Positions 41,642 through 54,200 of a DNA stretch of 64,000 bases are shown here, piece by piece. The notes under the pieces were generated by a model, which had not been told where the DNA came from, did no database searches, and saw nothing but the letters and a program-made list of their open reading frames with translations. Both the position numbers and the translations under genes were made by a program. The DNA comes from Klebsormidium nitens (lineage: Eukaryota; Plantae; Klebsormidiophyceae). Position 1 is the stretch's first letter, and each line of letters begins with the position of its first letter. The stretch lies in NCBI GenBank assembly GCA_000708835.1, contig DF237171.1:71572-135571 (forward strand). The letters are read 5' to 3'.

Positions 41642-43691
41642 TTATGACGAGCTCGCTTCCGCGGAAGGAGCCGGATCCCAGCGGAACGTTCCCCAGCCCT
41701 CTAGTCTTTTGGCACCCAGTGACTCGTAAAACTTGATGCTCGGTTCGTTCCAGTCTAGGACCGCCCACTCAACGCGACCGTCAGTTAACCGCCGCAGCTC
41801 CTGGATGAGCGCCTTGCCGTAGCCGTGCTTGCGGTACTCGGGCAACACAAAGAGATCCTCCAGCCAGATGCCGGGCCTGCAGCCACAAGATAAGGAAGGT
41901 GGAGATCTCGAATGGTGTTTATCATTATCCGGGCTTTGGTAGAGGATCCGACCCTGCACGAGCGTAAAGCACGGTCTTTGGCATCCATGTGGCCAAATCT
42001 CTTCAAGGTTCGTGGCTGTGGACGGGCTACGGTTTGCGCAGGCAGGTTACTTTTGACCGTGTCCTGAAGCAAGTGGACAGTCCTAGAGCTGTCACAAAGC
42101 TGGCTCTGCAGGCTGGCCGTCTTGCAAAAACCAAGGACGCTTTACAAGCACTGCAGATCCTCCTCTGCAAACAGTGCATCCTACACGGAGCTGGTGGTTT
42201 CATGGCAGTCAAAAGACAGCGGCGGATGAGCCCAGTGGGCGTGCATCATCAAAGGGTCATCGAACCCCTGCTGACCTACGGTGCATCGATCTCCAGCACG
42301 GAATAAATGTTCCGGGTTGCGATGCACTTCGGCACCGGATCCCCGATCAGACAGATATTCAGCCTGAGATTCTTGAGCTGACGTACAGCGCTTGGGTCTC
42401 ACCTCCCCAAGAAAGTCGAGAAGGTGGTGAAGTAGAGGGCGAAGCCCGCCACCTTGTGATCGTCCGTCTCCGCGAGCAGGACCTTGGCGGCAGGGTTGGG
42501 GCCGAAGAGGTGCTCGCGCATAACCTCTCGCTTCAACACAACCTCGTGCAACAGCTGCGGGAAAAATAACACGAACTGGTTGGATAAGTCATCCGTCATT
42601 TCGTCACCAGGCTGCTTGTGCCTGCGAGTTTTCACAGTATGAGGAATAGGAAAGCTCTTGTGTCAAGCTGAAAAGCTAGTCGCAGTAGCGAGCCACAACC
42701 AGGAAATGAACGTGGTTTTGTTGACCGGATCGTGTTAGCGTGAGGTAGATGTAGTAAAGGATTTCTTTGTGAGACCAGATGCCCATGATCAGAAAAGGCG
42801 CAAACTGGACGATTTTCCAATTCGAAGACTCTCCATCAACTGATCACTACAGCATTGCTCAATTCAAAGGCCTTCTGAAAGCCAGTCGCGTCGCACAATC
42901 CTAACTTTCAGCTGGAACGACGATGTCCGAGGTGAAGTTTCACGGCTCAACACGGATGCTTTGATACAAGGGGTCACGTAATCAGATTTCGTGGAGCATA
43001 CCATTGCGAGACCCCTTAACCAGCCTTTTGAGCACTGGCTGCATGCCAACCGCCAGTACTGTCAGCCAAAGATTTGTAATACCTGGCGCTGCGCCCAAAG
43101 CTTATCAGGGGTGTCAGATGTTCATTCAAACGGCTGTCTGGTTTGATAGATTGAAGTCTGTTAGTTGGAACTTCCACTGCGATCGTTTTCTGATCGCGCC
43201 AACATAAATTAGCTTGATTCTGAGGACCCAGAAAAATTCAGAGTTGCCCTTTGATATGTTTAGAGAGGTGCATGACGGCACAGACAGGGACTTGCGACTT
43301 CTGAGCTGGATAATGTGTATAACACCTTTGTTTTCACGCTCCTCATTCTTGAACCTTCCTGCTACAACATGGTCATACTGGCAAATCATCCCATGGAACA
43401 TTACTTTGAGTGTTACCCAAGTGCTACGAGAGAGGCGCATTGTTTCCCTCCTCCCCAATCCTCCAGCGGCTTTAACCTTCCACTGCTGGACTGCTTTTTG
43501 TGCTCATTCTTTAGAAATCAATGTGAACCACGCCCTTAAGGCAAAGATCAGGGATGCAAGATGACTGCAAGAGGTGCAGTGTCAGTTGCTCGCAGAGCAA
43601 TGCTTCATCTCACCTTTTCATATTCTGCCAGGGCCTTTATGAGCGAGATGATGTCATCAAGATCCGCTTCAACAGCTGCACGGAGAGGCAT
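41642..43691 (-). CDS. GNAT-family N-acetyltransferase, diamine/SSAT (NATA-like), 3 exons, ~154 aa
   Basis: Exons 43691-43614, 42554-42403, 41876-41642 (465 nt): MPLRAAVEADLDDIISLIKALAEYEK|LLHEV...GFALYFTTFSTFLGRPGIWLEDLFVLPEYRKHGYGKAL...GRVEWAVLDWNEPSIKFYESLGA. Confidence 0.9.
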
Positions 43692-44211
43692 GATGGCCCA
43701 GCTGACCAGCCAAAGAGTAGTCGGCACACTGTAGCGGTGAGGCTCCTGGACACTCGTCTCAATTCTGAGGTGTTCCGACCTGAGCGCCGCACTTCAGACG
43801 CCGTGATCCAATTGAAGAGCTTGCAGGTTCCCCTCTTCCCCCTCTCCTCTTGCCTGTCCCGCGCGCTTTGAGTGGTCAATTATTGGGGCTCCCTTTCAGA
43901 ACAAATGCCAGAGCTATGCCAGGCAACCTCCAGGCAAATTGCAATATTACGTCTGCGCCTGGGCAGGCTGGGGCCCTGCAAATTGCAATGTGCATCAACA
44001 ACAATGACACGTGGTTCAGATGGTCGGCAATGGATCATTGTATGGTCGCGTCACCGAACGACACCCTTCCTTCGAAACCGTTACCAAAGACTGGCCGGCC
44101 TTTGGGCCGCCCCGCACGCGTGACCGTACGTCATCCTACAGGTACCGGTAGTAGCTAGCCTAGCTGCATTTGCAATGCAAGCGCTAGCTAGCTAGCACTG
44201 CATTGAATGGG

Positions 44212-47200
44212 ATGTGGCGAAGAATGTTTCATGGCGGAGGTGTGATGTCCCGCTCAGCTCAGTGTTTCGCTTGCAAGTGCTTCCCCCTGCCTCATTCCAT
44301 CCAGGCTTCCGTCAAGGTCCAGAGCAACTGCCACCCGCCAGTGCCCAAATTCACAAACGGTTTTGGAGCCTCTTGCTATTTCTCACAAACAGCCACAGTC
44401 CACGTAGGCTCTCAATTAGTCTGTTTGCAATCTATCAGATTCCCCACAACTTCTCATTCTAAATTAGGGCACAGCCTCGACATTGAAAAGCTCTCGACCA
44501 CTTCTCCTTTTGTTCCATCATTTCACAAAACGACATTTCTTAGCAACGTCACGCACGCTGAAAGGTACGTGACCGTCGCGGGTGCTTGTCACGTGTCCTC
44601 CCCAGCTTCTCACAACAACATGGCTGGGCCATCGCCTGGGGTGGTCGAGATGGTGGAACTCAACGCACAGGAGGAGAGGATCTTTAATACACTCAAGCAG
44701 ACGCTCGCGCACTTTGGCCTGAAGACGCAGCTCAGGGTGGCGGGCGGGTGGGTGCGCGACAAGGTGGGTGCTCCGCCTCAACACAACCGCACCTTGCCAG
44801 CGATGGTGACCATGCATTGCAAATCACCACCTCGAACCCGAGCCCTGCTGTGTTAGCTCCATTTCTTTGTCAATGAGATACCTTTCTGGGCTGGTCAGCC
44901 TTGTGAGGAGTGATCGTTGGATTGCTCGGAAAGGGACGACGTGTTTCCAAACGGCAGAAGGGCAGAATGAAATCAGAATTTTTTTTAGGCAGTATATGTG
45001 CGTAGCATGCCTGCGAAGAATTGTGGCTCAGAGTCAGTGGCGCTCGCGCTTGCATAGCAAGCACAATTTGTTCAAGGATCTTGCACAGAGACCTACCATG
45101 TCTGTGTGGGGGTATGTAAGGTAGACCCAAGCTATGCTGATACTTCAAGATAAATCTGTTCAACCTTACCTGAGATTGGTCTGGGCCTCCTTTGACCTCC
45201 TTTGCGGGTAACCTACTACTCACACTCCAATTGTTGCTGCTCAAACAACACTCGCGTTCATGAGCGGTCTCCCCATGAAGCTCTTAAATCGCCTTCCTCT
45301 TTTGATGGGCGTTTTGATTCCCAAGTTTTGAAAGCTTTGGGGGCAGCACCACCTCAAGTTTTGACACACCCTCAAGGATCTCAGGACAACTCAGAGGTTG
45401 TGCGCTTTTGGTACTTCAGCGGGCACTGGGTCTGGATCTGTTCATTTGCTACTCCTCAGATCTGTGGGCGACCTTCTGCCCCAATTCACATACTTCTAAC
45501 CTTCTGCCCCTTCTTTGAACAATATCCGCAGCACCCCACATACCCGCCCTTCATCGCTCTCTCCTCCTCATGTCTGCTTTCCTTGCATACTTCTCATGCA
45601 CCGCTCGCTTCCTGCTTTCAGCTCTTGCGCCGAGACTCTGGCGACATCGATATTGCCCTGGACGACCAGATGGGCGTCGACTTTGCGGAGAAGGTGAACG
45701 AGTACCTGCGGTTGCGCGGCGAGCAGACGCGCGAGATTGGGCACATCAAGAGCAACCCGGACCAGTCCAAGCACCTTGAGACTGCCAAGGTCAAGTGAGT
45801 GGCGCCGATCGTTGAGCGAGAAATGGAGCAGGGCTTGATATTATTGGGCTTGGCGGAAGCCGGATGTGGCGCCCTGATGGGCAAAGAGAGTGCTTAACTT
45901 CGAATTCAGTTGCGTTGGGCACTTCTAGTGTTGATGCTGGTATTTGGAGTCTGCATAAGGAGTCCGCAAAGCTGTACATGGCTCGATGAGGGTTGTACCA
46001 GAAACGATAAGCTATGGGGCTCAAGTGTGGCTCCGACAACTCATTGCCTCGCAGTTCTATGGGTTACACATCGCTGTCTGCCGTTCAAGACTTTGCAACA
46101 TGACGCCGATCGACAGGTGACGCTCGTACTGACTTGAGGAACAGACGCGCAAGTCATCGCCCTTTGGTACTCAACCGAGGAGCAGGTTCTGTCATTTTCT
46201 CCAGCCTCGCAAAGCCCAAACGATGTCCCAGTTTCGAGAGTACTTTGAATGATGATGAGCAGCCGCCTGACAGGATACAGAGGCCCGTCGGCCCTAAAGG
46301 ACTTTCAGAAGAAGGATCGTCGTCAGTTTGTTAACTTGCACCGTGCAAGAGCTTTCGGCCTCTGGTTGCGCAGGATCCACGGCACCGAGATCGACTTCGT
46401 GAACCTGCGCTCAGAAACGTACGCAGAGGGCAGCCGCATCCCGGAGGCGACGTTTGGCACCGCAGAGCAGGACGCGTTCCGACGGGACCTCACCATCAAC
46501 TCCCTCTTCTACAACATTGGCACGGGGGAGGTCGAGGACCTCACCGGCAAAGGTGCGCGCGCGCAACCGGCGCTAGCCTGCTCCGAACGGAGGAACGGTG
46601 ATGGTGTTCCGAATGACGACTGGCAAAACGCTTGGATCTGCTAGCAGAAGGGATTCCGTAAATTCAGCAGAAATGCAACGGTCAACCAACTCCAACAGCA
46701 AAGCGCCCAAAATGCAATTCCTGATACCTCGAAGGCTTCGCGAGTGCGATCATCGAGTTGCTTGTGAAAGCCTCCTTCGTGACGTCACCCAGTGAAGTCC
46801 TTTGAAACAGAATGTGGCCACGACCTGACACACTTGTGCCGCCGGACCCTGTTCTCAGTTTCTTGTAGCCCGCCTCTTCCCACATCAGTTCTGACGCTTC
46901 CATACACAGTAATGAAGAAAGAGCCAAACACCGCCCCTTACGTCCCTGGGCCGTCGTATGCAGGCAAAGCGGACCTGCTTGCTCGCGTCATCCGTACGCC
47001 CCTCCCCCCCCGCACCACCTTTCTCGACGACCCGCTGCGCGTGCTGCGCGCGGTGCGCTTTGGCGCGCGCTTCGGTTTTACGCTTGACCCGGAACTGGTG
47101 GAGGCAGCCAGCAGCGCGGAGGTGCGTGCGGCGCTTGGCACCAAAGTCAGCCGCGAGAGGATGGGAGTCGAGGTGAGGCTGGCACGCCCCGAGAGCATGA

Positions 47201-50200
47201 AATCACAGGGAAAAGTACCTGGAGCCTCATGTCATGATCAATACGATGCTCACCCTGAGACATTTTGCCGAGAATGTTAGCCGCTCCGCCCCTGTACCTA
47301 CCCGAACCCCCATGCTAACTCGACTGATCCTAGTGAGGCTGATTCGAGTGACATACGACTGATTTGAGTAGTCCAGAGACTAGCACCGAGAGCCTACGCT
47401 GCTGGCGCTTTTTCCATTTATTGCAAGCAGGTTCCTGTCAGGAATTCGCCCCTTACGTGTTTTTTGAGGTAGGGATCTGACGAAGCTAAGGAAGTCCATA
47501 CTGACGCACTGATCAGTGAGGTTAGTAATGTACAAGCTTTGCAGAGTCTGTTGCAGCTTAAGGCTGAGTATGTGGTGTTTTAGAGAGGATATTTGAGTGG
47601 TTTCAGGGCTCGGAGATAAGGGGAAGCGCTGCACCCTTTCAGTTGGTCTGCGATGCCTCTGTGCTGCCTCTTTTGAAAAGGAAGTCCGTGCTGCCACCGG
47701 CTTCGATCAGAATCTTGTCGTTCGTAAGCCATACCGAATCTGGTCGTTCGTTTGTTGACCGAAGGAGGTACATCATGAATTCCCGCTTCTCCAGAGCTCG
47801 GGAGCTGCTTTTGTGCAAACCTCAGGCCGCGACTTTTTCCTGTTGTACATCCGTTATCGTTCTGACAGCGAAGGACCGCGGCTCAATTGCGACGATCCTC
47901 GTGACGATCCGTTGTTGCTGCACTGCGACGTGCGACCGAGTAACTTCGCACCAACAGGAACGTTTTCCAGACAATACCGAGCAGACGCACTGCAAATCTC
48001 TCAACCCACAAAATGTTCTGTTTTATACATGCTTGACTTTCATAACATTACCGCTTCAAGATTTTGAAGCGCATCGCCTGCGCAGATCGATTTGATGCTC
48101 AAGGGCCCCGACCCCGTGGGTGCCATGCGCTGGTTCGACCGGTGCGGCCTGTTCTCGACCATCTTCCAGCTGCCGCCCAACTGCGCTCCGGCGGAGCCGC
48201 AAACCTACGGCCAGTGAGTCCAGTCCGCAGAGCCCGCACAATCCGTTTCTAGACTGGCTTCTCCCCGTTTGGCGAGACTTTTGAGCTTGTTTCCGCCAAA
48301 TTAGCTTATCGCCCCACTTGTAGCCTTTCTGATTCTTCATTGTATACGGCTGTGCAATGTTGCTTGAAAGTCGTGACCATGTGCAGCAGAGAGACGTCTG
48401 AAGTCGTGACCATGTGCAGCAGAGAGACGTCTGGCGACCTACTGGGGGCTGCGCTTCTCTCCTGTATCGCCCTCGTCGCCTATGCACTTCATGAGAATCG
48501 TCAGAAGCTTGTCTTTAGACTTAAAAGTTAGCCAGAAGCAGTCGCGTTTCAGCCTCTTCTTGCAACGCCCTGGGCTTGATATTGTCTTACTCAGCAGGCC
48601 CGCCCGTCGAGTCAGCTGCGGTACCGAGACCAACATATCCTACTTAGAACCTACGCCTCTCTTTAACCCTTCTCCAGTGTCGATCAGCTGCGCCACACGC
48701 GAACGGACAAGTCGTTGCCGCTAGACAATGGGACAAAATTGGAGACTGCGTCCCACCTTCGACCGTGTTCAGCCTTTCTCTTCCCCAGGTCTGCCGTTGC
48801 TTCTTTGGCGAGCAGTGCCGCGCTCCTCGACGCTTGGCCCAAGACGGAGGTGGATTCGCAGCTGCCGCCGGAGTTGCGGCGCATCTTTCTGCTGGCCGCG
48901 TTGCTGCTCCCGGTGAAGGCTGTGACGTACAAAGAGAAGAAGAGCATGCAGCCTGTGTCCAAGTTCGTCATCCGGGAGGGGCTGAAACTGCCCGCCAAAG
49001 ACGCTGACAGGGTAAGCGGAGCATGCTACATTGCGTTGCGGTACATTGTTCAAGAGCTCACTGAGGTGTTGAATCGTTGGCAATCCTATTGTCTTCGAGT
49101 CAAAGTCAAAGAGGCTTCGCAAAGACGAATCAACCTAGAAAGGCTTCGCAAAGACGATACAAAGTTGCTTGATTGTAAAGAGGAACAGGAACGGGGCCCC
49201 TCCATAGCATTTGGCAGGCAGGTATGAAGCAAGGATGCAAGGCCCAACAAATTGATGAGTTGAATCGCTCCAGAGTCAGTTGACAGCGATTCCTTCCGGT
49301 TCAAATCTCGTCTAAAACCTCCCAAGACGCCGACAGGGTGCACGCGGATGCACCTTCGAGGAGTGTGACTCGCAGATCGTGTCTCCTGTAATCGCTGTGG
49401 AAATGAACCTGATCACCAGAGGAATCAATTTCAGTGCTGCAACAATTTGTCTTTTTGCGGATGCCGCTCACTTCACAGAGTTCCGCCTGTGCGGTCCTGA
49501 AGGCTGCGTTTTTTGCTTCCACATAAAGGCCATGCACTGAAAGGCGTTCCGCTTCCCCCTCTCGTTTCTTCGGTTTGTCTTGAGCAGAATATTTACACTA
49601 TTTATCGTTTTCCCGACTAGGTTGCCGCGCTGCACGTCGGCTCCGACGAGTTTGCCGCTGCTGCCCCCGCGCTGCTGTCCCCCGACGAAGAGGCCGCCAC
49701 CAGCACGACGGGCGATGGAATGGACTCGCTCTCGGCGCGCCGACGCATCACTGCGGGTGAGCTTTTTCGCTTCTCGTTTTGTTGGCCGCAGGCGACCTAG
49801 CTGAGCTGCTGACGTCCGGCGCCGCAAGCTTGAGGACGTTTGTGTTACGTCATGCAGTAAAGCTGTTTGACATCACCCAACAACTGCACCTCGCGTCAAC
49901 GCAACGATGAGGAGATTGGAGGAAACTGTCAAGCCGACAATGTGTCGGTTCTAGTTTCAGTAAGAAGGAACAGAACGAGCGTGTGATCTGAAAGCGCAGC
50001 AGAGCGGTGCGGGCAGACAAGCGGTGGGGGTGTACGGTCTGCCTGAAGCCAATTGAGCTGGCAAGCTGCTCTGCTTCAATCCGCGCTGACGATCCGTTCT
50101 GACGCTGCTTGCAGACAATCCCATGACCCTTGGAATCGTAGCCCACCCTTGTAAACCATCGCACCTGATCGCTTGCAGGACACTTGGTGCGGCGGCTCAA

Positions 50201-50552
50201 GGAGCTTTGGCACGCGGCCGCCATCCTCTCCGCTGTGTCCGCCCTCTCTTCCGAACCCTCCAAACCCTCCGACGCCGCCGAGACTGCCGCCCTGCTCGTG
50301 CAATCGGTCCGAGAAATGGGCCTGGATCGCGCCTGGGAGATGAAGCCTCTGCTCGACGGAAAGGCGATCATGGCAATGGTAGGGAAGCCGGGGCCACAAA
50401 TCGCAGAGCTGACGCAAAAGGTGTTAGACTGGCAATTCGCGCACCCGAAGGGCTCGGTGCAAGAGTGCTCGCAGTGGTTAGAAGGGGTGTGGAGAAGCCT
50501 AGGGTCCTCAGAACAGCACGGCAACACGTATCCTAGTAAGAAACAGCGGTGA
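44212..50552 (+). CDS. CCA: tRNA nucleotidyltransferase (CCA-adding enzyme, class II), 8 exons; ~521 aa from ATG 44620 or ~657 aa from upstream ATG 44212
   Basis: Exons (44212/44620)-44763, 45622-45794, 46374-46552, 46964-47172, 48086-48213, 48789-49011, 49621-49756, 50179-50552. Motifs: LRVAGGWVRDKLL, DIDIALD, NPDQSKHLETA, IDFVNLRSETY, DAFRRDLTINSLFYN, TFLDDPLRVLRAVRF, KVSRER, KPLLDGK. Confidence 0.93.
48368..48433. repeat. Perfect 33-bp tandem duplication in a CCA intron
   Basis: AAGTCGTGACCATGTGCAGCAGAGAGACGTCTG x2. Confidence 0.95.
49112..49157. repeat. 17-bp direct repeat (29-bp period) in a CCA intron
   Basis: AGGCTTCGCAAAGACGA at 49112 and 49141. Confidence 0.85.
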
Positions 50553-51292
50553 GGCGGTGAGGGTTGAATGAGACCGTCGGGCACTTCCGTGCAAACGTGT
50601 GCCATAAGCATGGACGGTCCCCGGCTCCACCGCCGTTTCATGAGTGTATCATGTATACATAGATATGACATGAGCAGCTGCATTCGAACCGACTGCAAGG
50701 AGTGACGTTAAGATGTCAATGCGTTATGGACGCGAACATGTGATGATAATACCTACATTGAGTTGATTGCAGTACGCGCGATCATTAATTCAATGATTCA
50801 TACATATTCATGTTGCATGCCTGGCGGTATGTATAATCTGACTAGCTCCTTGGATCGAATGCAACTGCAATCGAGACTGCTAGGCTAAGTTCAACGTTGC
50901 TAATGCACACATGGCCGGAATACATGTTGCATATATGAAGCGCACTGAGCTCTAGATCTGCATGCCGCAAGGGGAAACATAGCAGCTGCATGAGTTCCTC
51001 GGCTACATGCACCAAGTTTAACATATATCTCCTTGGATTGCTTGCTTGTCTTTTAAGCAAAACTTCGAATGTTTAGTAAGAGGATTATAAGCACTCTCCC
51101 TCAAAATCTACGAGTGTTTGACCTATGACCCAGATTTTATTCTCTATATTGCTCGTTAAAAGAGCTAACGCCTGAAGAAAGGCAGGCATCAACCAGCTCA
51201 GACAATCAGCCATTCCCCCTTCGGTACAAAACCCCAGCTGAGTTTCCTCCCTCTCCGATCTAGCTCTCTCCCACCCGCCCCCGTTCTCATTT

Positions 51293-54200
51293 TTATAGGT
51301 CCGTCTCAACTTGGCCCGCCACCCTCCCGCACCGGTCGCACGGCTCGGGCGCGTGCGCCGGCCCGCGGGCCTTGGCGTGCCGCTCTAGACCCTTAAGGTC
51401 ATGCTCTAGGACCGCCTCCAGCGCATCCGCCGCGTCCTTCAAATTGCGCCCATCGATCGTCAGGGGGGGCGCCAGACGAATGATGGTTTCGTGAGTGGGC
51501 TTCGCCAAAATGCCGCGCTCCTTGAGCCCCACGCACACGTCCCAGGCCGTCACTTTCCCAAGGCCTGCTTGGTTCATGACGACAGCGTTTAACAGGCCCT
51601 TGCCCCGCACGACCGAGATCTTGTCCGGGAAGCGGGACTGCACGCGCTGCAGGTGCGAACGGAACTCCTCACCCAAAGTGTCGGCCCTGCAGACAACAGG
51701 GTCGTGCCGGTGATCAGCGCGCTTCAATTTTTGAGTCTCAGGCATTTGTCGCCAAGACGGAACCAGCTCAAACCAGTTGCGACTCCGAGAAGCTTCTGAA
51801 CTTGCTTCCATCACCGCTTGACACATCAAGGGGTGCCGCCCGGCTGCCTCAGATGTTCTACGGAAGGACGTTGCGGCTCAAGGAGGGCTTACAGGTCAAG
51901 AGCAGACCCCCTTACTACTTTCGGTGCAACAATCGGGTTTGGGTCTATTGCGAGCGAGAATAAAAACTGGTTTCATCACGTGACAAGTGACGACTACCCG
52001 GCTCTCTTGAGGACACGTAATTGTAACTGCATGTAGAACGTCGGCGAATCAAGGGCCCCATCACGTTCAGAGCAGTACCGCATCCATTTCGTCCCAGAAG
52101 TTTCCGACGACTTTGTAGGAAGCTATCCGGTTCCAAATCCTTCCGTTTCTTCATCCCCGAACAACCGTTGGCTGTTTCGCGAAGTGGTTTCGTTGCTTGA
52201 CACAGCGCGACGCCGCACGTGGTAGGGAGCGCACCTTTGGGCCATCTTCTCGTCGATGACGACATCGAGGGCCGCGGACGCTACCGCGCAGCCGACGGGA
52301 TTGCCGCCAAAGGTGCTCCCGTGCTCGCCCGGCTTGATCACCAGCAGGATCTCGCGGTCCGCCAGGACCACGCTCACAGGATACACGCCACCCGCGATTG
52401 CCTTACCCAAGATCTACACATGAAGAGGACAGCGCAACGACCAATGTCACCAAAAATCTCCAAATGAAAGCGTTGCTGCCAGAATCAGTTCGCATGAGTC
52501 CAGGATAGGGAGGGAGTTCGTAAGATCGATCCTTGCATAAAAAGGAAAAGAGCGTAACAGACTTAGGGAGGGTGTGGCGCAGCAAATGGAAGTCCGAATA
52601 AGACTGCAAATGGAGACTCGATTAAGGCTGCCGAAAATATTGGAAAGATATGGATTCGGACGCTGCTCTTGGCCTGCGTGGATCGCAATAAATGATGACT
52701 CCTCGTCAGTGAACGAGACGTCTATGCAGACAGCCAATTTCCACCTGAAACCGCAAAGTGATAACCCATTACGAAACAGCCCAGGTGCACCGTGGGGCTG
52801 CTCACCACGACGTCGGGGCGCACGCTCTCCCAGTCGACCGCCAACATGCGGCCGGTCCGGGCGATGCCAGTCTGGATCTCGTCGGCAATCATGAGGATGT
52901 TGTGCTGGCTGCACAGCTCGCGCACCTGCCGCAGGTAGCCCTCGGGGGGGACCACCACCTGGAGAACAGGATCTCGGGTTAGCGCTAACCTCAATCAGAA
53001 AGCAGGAGCTGAAAGAGCAAGTATACCTCTGAACTTCACGAATCACATTTTGACCCGTGGCGGCAAAGCGAACATGGCAAGTGGATTCGGCTTGGAATTA
53101 GCGCCGCTCGAAACCTGCGGTGGTGGGACTCTTACGCAGTCGTGTATGATTCGAGGAGCACGGAAGACAGAAAGAGCACGATCCGCAAAGCCTCTGGTGA
53201 GCGGTGCACTGGTTGGAGTGTGTTGGGTCAGAGAGTTTGCTTACGGCAGCCAGTGGTGTGAACACTGGCCCCCGAAGTTGCTCGACAGGTCCGCCGAAAG
53301 CAGATTTGCTATTAATCAACATTGCAGCCGGGATTCGACATGTGCTGCACAGTATCGGGTCGCCAACACACCATTTGTTCATAGCAGGCTCGGCAGTATG
53401 TTATACGGCCGATACAGCTGGCCCACTTACCCCCGCTTCTCCTTGAATGGGTTCGAAGATGAAGCCGGCAATCCTGTCTCCGTACTCCTCAAACGTCTCT
53501 CTGAGCCCCTCGATGTCCCCAAAGTCGACCTTGATGTGCCCCGGGACTTCCGGCCCGAACCCTCTCCTTGCCTGGAAAAAGCGACAGCGGCTGGTTGTGA
53601 GTCGGGAGTTGGAAACGAAGACACTGCTTGCCACAAAGCCCTAGGTACCATGCTGCGAGCTGTGCTTCTTGAGAACTCTGCAGGGGCCGAAACTAGCAGC
53701 CTCTTGGTCAACGACGTCTGCTTCTTGCAGCGGGTTCTTCCCCCATCGCTCACGAACTTAAGAACTCGTCCTCTTACTCCTCGACACTCGGTTCTGTTTT
53801 GCCGCCAGGTGAATTTAAGCGGGAGGCAACCAGACGTGTCGAGCACATCCGAAAGCTGACTTCTTATGCCCACTACAACGTCTGATATTCCAATTGTGGG
53901 GTTGCAAGCACAACGCCAGACGCTCTGCACACTCACCAGTCCAGGAGCAAAGCTGACTTGCGCGCAAACGCTCTCCTCACAGCCGTAACGTTTGTTTCTT
54001 CCAGCTCGAGTCCTTTGCCCTCACCTCATTATCACAGCTCATGGAGATCGCGCCAAGTGTCCTCCCATGGAAGCAGCCGCAGCAGGAGACAATGAGCGCT
54101 TCGTCCTTGGGGATGCCTTTCTTCTGGTAGCCCCACTTGCGCGCAACCTTGAGCGCCGTTTCCACGCCCTCTGCGCCCGTGTTCATCGGCAGCATCATCT

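Noticed and set aside
49850-50698. 282-aa minus-strand ORF and similar long antisense ORFs (e.g. 16356-16958, 24219-24821 upstream part)
   Set aside because: They are shadows of GC3-rich exons on the other strand, or intron read-through, with no recognisable motifs.
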